Part shown: piece by piece, positions 29,226-38,382 of the stretch
How positions within the stretch are numbered: the first letter of the stretch is position 1
Layout of the letters: the number at the start of each line of letters is the position of its first letter
DNA from: an uncultured delta proteobacterium
GTDB taxonomy: Bacteria > Myxococcota_A > Polyangia > Polyangiales > Polyangiaceae
Length of the DNA stretch: 64,000 bases
Direction: 5' to 3'
Assembly (NCBI GenBank): GCA_963850305.1
Contig: CAWKKR010000002.1
Span: forward strand, 96,001-160,000
Program-made: the position numbers and the translations under genes
The notes under the pieces: generated by a model
What the model saw: only the letters and a program-made list of their open reading frames with translations
What the model was told of the DNA's origin: nothing
Database searches by the model: none

Positions 29226-30389
29226 ATGGTGGACGACCAGGGAGCGAGGGCGAAAGGCGGCACCGGTTTGCCCGCCAGCGCTCCGACCGGCGGAACCCCG
29301 TCGCCCGAGGGGCCACCTCCGGCGAGAGGCGCGCGGTGGGGCGAGCCGCTCATGGCCGCCGACCGTGTCTGGACCGGATTCGAGACGTGGCTCGCCTTCG
29401 TCGCGTTCTCCCTCGAGGTTCTCTCGATGTCTCTCTGGGTTGCGCTGAAGGCGTTTTCGGCTTCGTCGGACCGCTCCGCGGGCGTCGTGTTTCGCGCGAT
29501 CTTCGGTGCCCTGGTGTTCGGAGTGATCGCGCACCTGGGCCTTGGGAAGCAAAAGCCAGCGGTGCGCCGCAGCGCCACCGTCGCGGCAGTTCTGCTGGGA
29601 ATCGTCACTGCGAAAGCGTGGGCGAAATTCGGCGTCGACTACTCGTCGAATGTGCTCAATTGGTACCAGCAGGCGTCGTTTCTAACGCTTCTCGGGGGGC
29701 TCCGTGGGGTTGGAACCCGGCTCACGATGCTGCTCGCTCTCCTGGGTGCGTCGCTGGCGACCGGGCGCGGCAAGCACATCGTGATCGACATCGTCACACG
29801 GTTCGTGAGTTATCGCTCGCGCAAGCTCATGGCGCTCGTCTGCTGGGCTGCATCGGCTGTTGTCTGCCTCACTGCAGCCTGGGGGTTTTTCGACCACATA
29901 TCGATCGAAAACTTCGGCGCTCGTGCGGACGAAAGCGCACCTGCGAAGGTGGAGCAGGTCGTCGGGCAGTTAGGGGAAGACTTCTTCATCGCGCGGAAGC
30001 AACTAGCGCTGGATTTCAAATCGGTTCCGCACGTTCTCCTCAAGGGCGAGGTCTACTCGGATTGGCTCACGGGCAAGGAGTGGAATGCGTGGGTCGAGTC
30101 CGCCGGTTTCGCCGAGCGCTACGGGGAACGAGCCACCGAGGCGCTGAAGATCCCCGAGGACGAGACTCGATCGCCGCTCGTCGTCGTTCCGGGACGCGGC
30201 GAGCCTCGCGGCGAGCTCATCAACGCCGCCTATCTCGTGTTTCCCATCGGCCTGTTCGTGATCGCGATGCGATTCATCCTCCGTGGTCTCCTGGCCCTCA
30301 GCGGGCACGTCAGCGTCGACCCGGACGAGTCCGAGTGGGGCGACCCCGTGGGGTCGGATGAGGAGCAGCAAGATGCGCCATCCAGCTGA
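29226..30389 (+). CDS. TRAP transporter small permease (DctQ-like), extended
   Basis: LLGASLATGRGKHIVIDIV DctQ motif, multiple TMs; precedes DctM. Confidence 0.75.
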   Translation: MVDDQGARAKGGTGLPASAPTGGTPSPEGPPPARGARWGEPLMAADRVWTGFETWLAFVAFSLEVLSMSLWVALKAFSASSDRSAGVVFRAIFGALVFGVIAHLGLGKQKPAVRRSATVAAVLLGIVTAKAWAKFGVDYSSNVLNWYQQASFLTLLGGLRGVGTRLTMLLALLGASLATGRGKHIVIDIVTRFVSYRSRKLMALVCWAASAVVCLTAAWGFFDHISIENFGARADESAPAKVEQVVGQLGEDFFIARKQLALDFKSVPHVLLKGEVYSDWLTGKEWNAWVESAGFAERYGERATEALKIPEDETRSPLVVVPGRGEPRGELINAAYLVFPIGLFVIAMRFILRGLLALSGHVSVDPDESEWGDPVGSDEEQQDAPSS

Positions 30390-30441
30390 GCGATTGCTCG
30401 ATGACGCCGGAGTGACGCGCGTCGCGCGGGAAGGGTAAACG

Positions 30442-32031
30442 ATGCTGCTCGTGCTCGTCGTGCTGGTATTCGCACTTCTCGGCGCGCCCGTATTCGCGAT
30501 CATGGCGGGCGCCACCCTCCTCGCGTGGCTCACGCACCACACGGCGGAGTTGCACTTCACTCGATTCATCGCCCCGGACGTGCTGGACGAGCGATTTGCC
30601 GGATCGCCGATCCTCGTCACCGTACCGCTCTTCACCTTCGTCGGCTACGTCATGGCCCACTCGAAGGCCCCCGAACGCATCGTCCGAGCGGCGAACGCGT
30701 TCTTCGGGTGGCTGCCGGGAGGACTCGCCATCGTGTGCATCGTCGCGAGCGCGTTCTTCTGTACGCTGACCGGCGGGAGCGCCGTGACGATCGTGGCCGT
30801 CGGAGGGTTGCTCTACCCGGCTCTAGTCAAGAACGGTTACCCCAAAGACTACTCGCTCGGCGTAGTGATGACGGGAGGGTCGCTGGGCCTTCTGTTGCCC
30901 CCGTCTTTGCCCATTCTCATCTACTCCCTGGTGGCGGGTATCGACTTCACCAAGGCGTTCAGGGCCGGGGTCCTCGCCGGAACGATGATGATCGGACTCT
31001 TCGCGATTCACGCGATGTACATGGGGCTGAAGCACGACATCCCGCGTACGAAGCCGAATCTCCGGGAGATGGCCCTGGCCTTCTGGGGAGTGAAGTGGGA
31101 GCTCTGCGTTCCCGCGCTCGTGCTCGGAAGTCTGGGGCTCGGCCTTGCAAGCATCGACGAGGCCGCGGCGCTCGCGACGATCTTCGTCGTGTGCGTGGAG
31201 CTCCTCGTCTATCGAGATCTGAAGCCCAAGGACATGCCCCGCCTCGCGGGAAACTCGTTCGCGCTGGCCGGCGCGCTCTTGCTGATCATGGCCATGGCCG
31301 TGGCGCTCACGAACTATCTGATCACGGAGGAAGCCCCCGCACACTTATTTGCGTGGATCACGAGTCTGGGGGTCACGAAGCGATGGCACTTTTTGGTGGC
31401 ACGGAACTTCTTGATGTACGGGATCGGCGCCGTGATGGAGGGCTTCAGCGCGATCCTGGTCGCGGTACCCCTTCTCTTGCCATTCGGTGCGAAGTTCCTC
31501 TTCTCGCCCTTTCACCTGATGATGATGTTCCTCGTCGATCTGGAGATCGCCTTCCTGAGTCCTCCGTTCGGGCAGAATCTGTTCGTCACGAGCTTTCGAT
31601 TCAGAAAGCCCATGACGTCGCTGTACAAGATCGCGCTGCCCTTCCTGGGAATCATGTTCTTCGGACTCACCATCATCATGCTCGTGCCCAAGCTGTCGAC
31701 CGTGGCCATCGAAGGCGACATTGCAGAGGAGCGGGCCAAGGCAGCGCGTCTCGACGAACCTCCGCGCGATGCCTGGATGCTGGAGTGCGTCCAGGAAGAT
31801 CGAAACAACCCGCTTCCCTGCACGGACGAAGATCGGAGAAAGTGGGGCAACGGCGGCCCTGCTCTCGATGCGCTCCAGGGGAGTGCCGTCAGCAAGGATC
31901 AACCGGACCAGGTCGAAACCGACGAAAAGCTCCTGGAAGAGCTCATGGACGACGCTGACAAGAAAGGAGCTCTCGAGAACCCCGCTCCTCCGAACGACCC
32001 TTCACGAAAAGCTCCGCGAGCGCCCTTGTAG
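30442..32031 (+). CDS. dctM: TRAP transporter large permease (DctM)
   Basis: VPLFTFVGYVM, PGGLAIV, GSLGLLLPPSLPILIY, LSPPFGQNLF. Confidence 0.9.
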   Translation: MLLVLVVLVFALLGAPVFAIMAGATLLAWLTHHTAELHFTRFIAPDVLDERFAGSPILVTVPLFTFVGYVMAHSKAPERIVRAANAFFGWLPGGLAIVCIVASAFFCTLTGGSAVTIVAVGGLLYPALVKNGYPKDYSLGVVMTGGSLGLLLPPSLPILIYSLVAGIDFTKAFRAGVLAGTMMIGLFAIHAMYMGLKHDIPRTKPNLREMALAFWGVKWELCVPALVLGSLGLGLASIDEAAALATIFVVCVELLVYRDLKPKDMPRLAGNSFALAGALLLIMAMAVALTNYLITEEAPAHLFAWITSLGVTKRWHFLVARNFLMYGIGAVMEGFSAILVAVPLLLPFGAKFLFSPFHLMMMFLVDLEIAFLSPPFGQNLFVTSFRFRKPMTSLYKIALPFLGIMFFGLTIIMLVPKLSTVAIEGDIAEERAKAARLDEPPRDAWMLECVQEDRNNPLPCTDEDRRKWGNGGPALDALQGSAVSKDQPDQVETDEKLLEELMDDADKKGALENPAPPNDPSRKAPRAPL

Positions 32032-32304
32032 CGCGCTCGGTCTGAGCGGCGGGCGGGCTCGACGACCGGAGCGCCCCCATCGATCGGCACCTCCATGATC
32101 GCGCCGTCGGTGTAGACGCGGTAGGTGCCGTCGGAGAGCCCGCGCGCGCGGGACGACAGCGTCCGGTGGCTCCGTAGGGCTCGCAAGCGGAGGAACCTCG
32201 AGCCCGGATGGATCTACGAAGACCGCGCCGGACGACGCCGCGACATGTGGCGCCGCTCGCGCTTTGCGGCGGTTCGGCGCGAAATCGTGATAGGCTGAAA
32301 TGTT

Positions 32305-33337
32305 GTGAAGTCTCCAGGTGCCGCGGCGGTCGGGCTCACCGTGGCGATCGGCGCGGTGGTTGGCTGTGCGTCGATCCTGGGCATCGAAGATCGGAAGCTC
32401 CGCGTCGAGGCCGCGGGCGGCGCGGGCGAACCCGGGAACCCCGACGGATCGACGGCCGGTGCGGGCGGGGTGATCGTCGGCGCGGGCGGGAGCTTTCCGG
32501 GTGGTTCCGGCGGCGCCTGCACGACGGACTGCTTTGGTGGCGGCGGGTCCTCTTGCGAGGCCGCATATCCAAGCGAACCCCAGGCCTGCACGAATTGCTT
32601 CTGCGAGAGGTGCGGCACCAGCGCCGCGTGTGCGAGCCCCGACGCCCACTGCGACACGCTCCTGCGCTGCTTCGCGGCGTCCAAGTGCAACCCGGCGAGT
32701 TGCTCGTCGGCATCCGCCTGCGGGCGTCGCGACGCGCGAGGGCGGGGAGCTATCGTCGGCGCTGAATTACCCGGTGCCGTCGCCGCTCGACGGACGCGCC
32801 GCCTACGCGACGTTCCCGGGTTATTCGATGTTCGCCGCGGAAATGCCCGGCACGTCGCCCCAGGTGGTCACGTTCTCGTTTCAGTCCGGTCAGACAACTC
32901 CACAGGTCATCTCACCGTCTGGCTCGAAACCTGGCGGACTCGCCGCGGGTCGTTCGCTCGCGACGATCGCAAATGGAGCCGGGTCCTTGGTGATCTTCAA
33001 CGGGAATGCGAACGGTGCCACGGGCGGGCTCACGAGCTATTCCATTCCGGGCCTCGGCTTGCAGACGAGCGGCGGCGCCACGAATGCCCCGGCTGCTGCG
33101 AAGCCCATCGACGTCGTGGCGCTCGGCCCGAGCTTCGTCACCCTCTCGACGACTCCTGGAGGCGCGTGGGTTTCGAAGTTCAACGCCGCTCTGAACCCGT
33201 ACGACAGCGCCGTTCAGATCCCCATCGACTCCTCGGGAACGGAACCTCTGGCGCTCGCGCTCGGAAAAGGGCGCCTGCTCGTATTCGGCATCGGACCCAG
33301 CAGCATCGACGTCGCGACAGTGAGCTGCGGTCCGTGA
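32305..33337 (+). CDS. Cys-rich lipoprotein with beta-rich C-terminal region; frameshift near 32722
   Basis: Lipobox VVGC-ASILGIED, Gly linker, Cys-rich block; protein-like sequence continues in another frame to DVATVSCGP*. Confidence 0.55.
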
Positions 33338-33364
33338 GATCCATCGTCGTACCGATCCGCCCGC

Positions 33365-34016
33365 CGTGGTAACCGCCCTCTCCGCCGCGATGATGCGTCC
33401 GACGGTCGCGATAGGTGGATCACACAGCGCGACGACGCGTCCGTCGGCCGTGAGGACACCTCCGACGGCCGTGATAAGTGGATCATGCGCCGTGAGGACA
33501 CGTCCGTCCGCCGTGAGGACCCGTCCGTCCGCCGTGATAAGTGGATCATGCGCCGTGAGGACAGCTCCGTCCGCCGTGAGGACCCGTCCGTCCGCCGTGA
33601 TAAGTGGATCATGCGCCGTGAGGACAGCTCCGTCCGCCGTGAGGACGCGGTCTCACGGGCGCGATACCCGCTTCACGCGCCGTGAGGACCCGTCCGTCCG
33701 CCGTGATAAGTGGATCATGCGCCGTGAGGACAGCTCCGTCGGCCGTGGTAACCGGATCACACAGCGTGAGGACGCGTCCGTCGGCCGTGATAAGCGCTTC
33801 ACGCGCCGTGAGGACAGCTCCGTCGGCCGTGGTAACCGGATCACACAGCGTGAGGACGCGTCCGTCGGCCGTGATAAGCGCTTCACGCGCCGTGAGGACA
33901 GCTCCGTCGGCCGTGGTAACCGGATCACACAGCGTGAGGACGCGTCCGTCGGCCGTGATAAGCGCTTCACGCGCCGTGAGGAAGCGTTCGTCGGCTGCGA
34001 TACCCAGCTACGCCGC
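33365..34016. repeat. Tandem array of 31 degenerate 21-bp units with 63-bp and 84-bp higher-order repeats
   Basis: Units such as CGTGAGGACAGCTCCGTCGGC, CGTGATAAGTGGATCATGCGC, CGTGGTAACCGGATCACACAG; one 22-nt unit at 33638-33659; 84-bp block x3 at 33723-33974. Confidence 0.95.
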
Positions 34017-34130
34017 CGGACATTCGAGAGTTAACCAGGGGCGGCGGCACGGCCGTGCCCCGCAGCGGCGTCGCGGGATCGTCGAATCGCCGCGAAACGG
34101 GAAGGTGCCGGCGCCGTATGCATGGTCGGT

Positions 34131-34745
34131 ATGTCCGTCTTTCGTGGCTCCTCTCCGGGTGCGGCGCTCCTGGCTCTAGCTCTCATGAGCGGGTGCGGCG
34201 GCAGGATAATCGACGACTCCGCGTCGACCGGTGGCGCAGGCCCGGGCGGCGGCGGCGCAGAGGGGGGCGCGCTCGCGACCAGCGGGACCGGCGCGGGTGG
34301 CCGAACCAGCGGCGTCGGCGGTACCGGTGCGATGCTCTGCCAGCCCGGAGCAGTGGCGCAATGCACGTGCGCCCCCGGCGGGATCGGGAGCGCGACTTGC
34401 CTGCCCGACGGCAGCGGCATCGGACCGTGTGTGTGCGGCGGTATCGGCGCGGGCGGCGCCCCGAGCGGCTGCGCAGAGGCGCTCGGCGGCATACCGGAAT
34501 GCGCCCAGTGTGCGTGCACGACCTGCGCGGCCGACGCCTGCACGAACGCCCCCGGCTGCGCCCAGATCCTGCTGTGCTCGGAGAAGACCGGGTGCCAGGA
34601 TCCGGTCGCGTGCAACCAGCCCGGCGTGTGCAAGGACGTCATCGACGCCAGCGGCGGCCCACTCTCACCGGCAGGCTTCAACTTCGCCTCGCTCCTCGGC
34701 TGCCTCCCGCAAGCGGGATGCCCGTGCTGGCCGGCGGTCCCGTGA
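34131..34745 (+). CDS. Cys-rich myxobacterial lipoprotein
   Basis: Lipobox MSGC, Gly-rich linker, CQPGAVAQCTC..GSATCLPDGSGIGPCVC. Confidence 0.75.
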   Translation: MSVFRGSSPGAALLALALMSGCGGRIIDDSASTGGAGPGGGGAEGGALATSGTGAGGRTSGVGGTGAMLCQPGAVAQCTCAPGGIGSATCLPDGSGIGPCVCGGIGAGGAPSGCAEALGGIPECAQCACTTCAADACTNAPGCAQILLCSEKTGCQDPVACNQPGVCKDVIDASGGPLSPAGFNFASLLGCLPQAGCPCWPAVP

Positions 34746-34840
34746 GGCCCGGACGTGCGTGGCCTGCCAGTGCTTCAACGGCCCTGGAGCGCCCACCTTC
34801 CTCGTTCGGGTCGTCCTCGTCCTCTTCTTCGTTCAACGGC

Positions 34841-35545
34841 TCAGCCCGGCGCTGCAGTCCGCTGGCCGCGAAGGATCTTCAGAAGTTCGTCGAAGTCGAC
34901 GTCCTCGACGGCTCCTTGCTGCTTGCAGCGAACCTTTCCCGCCGGGTCGACGAGAATCTGTTCGGGGAGTGAGGGGTCGTCTTCGAGCCCCGCTTCCTTT
35001 AGCCACCCTTGCCGCTGCGGCCCGTCCTCGAGCCAGTAGGTCGCGTGAAGGCCGCCGGGGGGTTGGGTTTCGAGGAAGCGTTCCAGCTGCCGGGAATCGT
35101 CATCGATCGAGACGAAGACGACCTTCAGGGGCGTTCGCTCGCCCGCAGTTTTCGCTTCCCAGGATCTGAGCCTCGGCAGCTCTTCCTTGCACGGGCCGCA
35201 CCATGCCGCCCAGAGATTCACCCATGTCCAGTGGCCACCCCCGATGGGCAACTTCTCCGAAAGGGAGTTCTTGTCACCGGCACGCGATATCCCGGCCTTG
35301 GGCGCTTCCCTGCCCGAGGTTCCAAGTTGGCGCTCGCACAGGACAGGATGCACCTCGGCTGTGGGTTCCGCGGTTGGTGCGGCGGGTGCAAGCTGCGCCG
35401 TCGGGGCGGGGCCGGTAGCCTGGACGGCCTGCGAACGAGCCTGCGGCGCGAGCGGTGGGTCCACCTTGTGATCGTCACAGCCGACCAGAGTCGAGAGCGC
35501 GCAGGCGAAGGCCCCTGCCGCGAGTGGTGCAACGGAGCTTCTCAA
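34841..35545 (-). CDS. TlpA-family thioredoxin-like lipoprotein
   Basis: Lipobox LVGC; VNLWAAWCGPCKEELP; TTG start overlapping the upstream TGA is inferred. Confidence 0.85.
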   Translation of the reverse strand: MRSSVAPLAAGAFACALSTLVGCDDHKVDPPLAPQARSQAVQATGPAPTAQLAPAAPTAEPTAEVHPVLCERQLGTSGREAPKAGISRAGDKNSLSEKLPIGGGHWTWVNLWAAWCGPCKEELPRLRSWEAKTAGERTPLKVVFVSIDDDSRQLERFLETQPPGGLHATYWLEDGPQRQGWLKEAGLEDDPSLPEQILVDPAGKVRCKQQGAVEDVDFDELLKILRGQRTAAPG

Positions 35546-36258
35546 AGCCGGCAGTCGACCCATGACGCGAAGGCGCTCCGGTTGATCGCGTCGTCGTCGC
35601 ATTTGGTCCCCTGACGCGAATTGGTCCAAGAACAAAACTCCTTCGGATCGAGCTGCGCAAACTCGCTGCCGAGCCACAGGAGCCCGACCTTCTTGTCGAC
35701 GTCTGGCTCTCCCGAGGCTTCCTTGATGTGAAAGAGAACGGAGTTCGCACGACGGTGAGAGAGGGCCTGGTTCTTGTCGGGTGACCCGGTCTTCGACGCG
35801 CGCGCGACGACCAGGAAGTATCGCGCGCCCTTTCGATCGTCCCAGCGGTCTTCGATGAGCTTCTTCGCGCCGTCGTCGAGCGTGTCCATTCCGGTGTCGA
35901 AGAGGATGACCGCGCCGCGGGTCCGGAGCGGCCGGAAGAGCGCGTTGAAGTCGCCGTCGCTGATGGACGCGAAGCTCTTGACGTCGGCGGGTTTGCAACC
36001 GCGCCGCGATTCGCCCACGAGCCCGCAAGAGTGGAGCACTCGCTCGAGCACTTGCTTGAACTCCGGCGTGCAGTACGGCGCTTCGGACTCGTCGGCGATG
36101 GCGACGGCAGGCTTGTCGGTCTCCGGGGTCGCGAGGCGCTCGGCCGCGGCGTTGACGGCGGACCGGATGGCTCCGAGCATCGCGATGAGCGCGACGGCGC
36201 CGGTCACCACGCCTATGAGCGGCGCCAGATACGTCGAGGACGGGCGTTCGGCGGTCAC
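35542..36258 (-). CDS. Membrane-anchored protein with OmpA-like peptidoglycan-binding domain and Cys pairs
   Basis: N-terminal TM; ILFDTG..L, ASKTGSPDKNQALSHRRANSV, INRSA. Confidence 0.7.
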   Translation of the reverse strand: MTAERPSSTYLAPLIGVVTGAVALIAMLGAIRSAVNAAAERLATPETDKPAVAIADESEAPYCTPEFKQVLERVLHSCGLVGESRRGCKPADVKSFASISDGDFNALFRPLRTRGAVILFDTGMDTLDDGAKKLIEDRWDDRKGARYFLVVARASKTGSPDKNQALSHRRANSVLFHIKEASGEPDVDKKVGLLWLGSEFAQLDPKEFCSWTNSRQGTKCDDDAINRSAFASWVDCRL

Positions 36259-37496
36259 TTCAACACCTGGGGTGCGAGCTGTCCGAGGGTGTACCTCAGC
36301 CCGATGTCGGTGTCCTCGTCACAGAATCGCTTCGTGCCGAAGTACATTTGCGGAGTCGATACCGGGATTTCGTTGTCCGCCGCGAAGTGGAGCTGCCGGT
36401 TCAGCGTCAAAAGCGTCGATTTCGCGTCCATGCAAGCGAGAGTCTGCGGGCCCCATTTGGCCTGGATGGCGGCGCGAAGCGGAGCGGGTCCTGCCTTGCC
36501 CGCCTTCGACAGCTCTTCCTGGTTTGCGTAGGCCCATTCGAGCACCTGGCGGGCATGGGAGCCGCCGCAAATGACGGCGCGCGCAACCAGGCAAGCTCCG
36601 GGGTGCAAAGGGTCCGTCAGCATCCAGTTGCACTCGCTGTCGAGCGGAAAGAGGGACAGCTGCACGTCGAGCTTGTCGTAGACGTCTTCCGCGACGAGTC
36701 TTTCGTGAAACGCTTTGCAGGTGGGGCAGAGCGGATCCTCGAACAAGATGGTCGGCTGAACGGACCGTGGCGTGGAGATATGAACGAGGGCGTTGGCCGC
36801 CTCCATTGCGACCTTGAGGCTCCCGCAGTTGCCGAGGTACGGCCGATGATCGGGATTGGCGCTCGCGTAAACGACCGCCGGCATGAGCGCGAAGACCCCG
36901 AGCCCCACGAGCCACGACGACACGTGCGCCCAGCTCACGTCCGGGCGGGCGCGACGATACGGATCCGCCGGCCGATCGTAGGGTGAACCGTGAGCGGGGG
37001 CGCCGAGCGCGCCTTTGAGCGCGCTGATTCCGAGCAGACCCGCGACGCCCAGGAGAAACGACGACACGTAGATCCCGACGCAGACGAGGCAGAACGTCCC
37101 GAGCTTCGTGATGCTGATGGTCAGCATCACGATCGAGACGAACACGGGCCCGAGGGCCGCGACTCCGAAGAATTGAACCGCCTTCCTCGGCGCGCTCTCA
37201 CCGGCGATGGCGAGATAGAGTGCGAAGGACGCAAAGAAGATGAACGCGCCGACCGCGAAGAGCGAAATCGGAATCCCGCCCCAGTACTTCTCCTTGAAGA
37301 GTGCGGAGTAGGGGCTGTACATCGCGGCGCGGCACGCATCGGCCGAGTCCGTCACCGGCGCTCCGGGAATGATGCTGCAGTGAATGTCGTGGAGCCGTCG
37401 ATCGAGGTGCTTCGCGTAATCGAAGGTCGAATACGAGGCGAAGAGCAGCCCGAGAAGCGACGCGATGAGCGCCACGAGCGCGGAAACTCTGGTCAT
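36255..37496 (-). CDS. VKOR domain fused to a DsbA/thioredoxin domain
   Basis: Loop Cys pair (CSII..CRAAMYSPYS), TM CLVC, soluble FEDPLCPTC, FPLDSECN, STP cis-Pro loop. Confidence 0.88.
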   Translation of the reverse strand: MTRVSALVALIASLLGLLFASYSTFDYAKHLDRRLHDIHCSIIPGAPVTDSADACRAAMYSPYSALFKEKYWGGIPISLFAVGAFIFFASFALYLAIAGESAPRKAVQFFGVAALGPVFVSIVMLTISITKLGTFCLVCVGIYVSSFLLGVAGLLGISALKGALGAPAHGSPYDRPADPYRRARPDVSWAHVSSWLVGLGVFALMPAVVYASANPDHRPYLGNCGSLKVAMEAANALVHISTPRSVQPTILFEDPLCPTCKAFHERLVAEDVYDKLDVQLSLFPLDSECNWMLTDPLHPGACLVARAVICGGSHARQVLEWAYANQEELSKAGKAGPAPLRAAIQAKWGPQTLACMDAKSTLLTLNRQLHFAADNEIPVSTPQMYFGTKRFCDEDTDIGLRYTLGQLAPQVLK

Positions 37497-37566
37497 CAGC
37501 GTTCTCCGTGGCGGACACTGGCAAAACTTGGCCCGGAGGGGCAAGTGCTCTGTGCGATCGGCGCGG

Positions 37567-38382
37567 TCATGGCCCTCCGCTCGACTCTCGGCCCGCGTCG
37601 GGCGCCCAGTCCCAGGGCCGTGTCCCGTTCACGGCCCGATGCGCGGCCAGCCAATCCAAGACCGCTCTGGCCCACGTCTTTCGCGCGCCCATCGACGGAT
37701 GAATGTGGTCCCGTGTTCGCGGCAGATCGGGGACGAGCACATTGCTGTCGAGATACGCACAGGGGGCGCAGTTCGAGCGAATCACATCCAGCAACGCCCC
37801 GCGGGCCCCCTTCCACAGCGGTGGACCGACCCAGACACACGGGCGTCCACCGAGTCGCGCCACGAGGCGGTGGATCGTTCTGATCCGTTCGGAGGGATCG
37901 GGGATGAGGAGTTCGTTCGCACCGAGTGTGATCATCACCAGGTCCGGACGATATCGGTAGAGGTATCCGTCGAGGTCCTTGTCGGACGCCCAGGTGGGAA
38001 TGTAGGTCGACGTCCGGTATCTGAGGACGCCGCGCACGCCCGCGTCCTTGAAAAGGCGATCCAGGTCGATGCCCAGCGCTCCCGCGAAGGAATCGCCGAT
38101 CTCGAGCACGGTGGTTCCGGAGGGTAACGGAGCGGGCCGTGCTGGCTCGAGTTTCGCGACTATCGGGGCGGCTGCCGGCGACGAAGCGGGAAGCGACGCG
38201 GAGTGCTCGGGCGCTCCCGCATCGATGAGATTGGGGGGTACCCTCGGCGGCGCCCCCGTCGCGGGTTCGACGTGTTCCGTCGTCCGGGGCGGCGGGCTCG
38301 GAGTCGCTCCGCAAGCGACGGTAAGCGCCGCCGCGGCCGCGCCGATTCCAGAGGCTCTCAAGGACAGCACGCCGAGTTCCAT
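37567..38382 (-). CDS. SGNH/GDSL hydrolase lipoprotein
   Basis: Lipobox TVAC; IGDSF, LGANE, DHIHP. Confidence 0.85.
   Translation of the reverse strand: MELGVLSLRASGIGAAAAALTVACGATPSPPPRTTEHVEPATGAPPRVPPNLIDAGAPEHSASLPASSPAAAPIVAKLEPARPAPLPSGTTVLEIGDSFAGALGIDLDRLFKDAGVRGVLRYRTSTYIPTWASDKDLDGYLYRYRPDLVMITLGANELLIPDPSERIRTIHRLVARLGGRPCVWVGPPLWKGARGALLDVIRSNCAPCAYLDSNVLVPDLPRTRDHIHPSMGARKTWARAVLDWLAAHRAVNGTRPWDWAPDAGRESSGGP

Noticed and set aside
32050..32200. Minus-strand fragment resembling a beta-propeller blade (VYTDGAIMEVPIDGGAP)
   Set aside because: Too short, with no start or context; at most gene debris
33365..34016. CRISPR array or guide-RNA array
   Set aside because: No constant repeat with unique spacers: the variable parts recur, the period is only 21 bp, and no cas or other effector gene is adjacent
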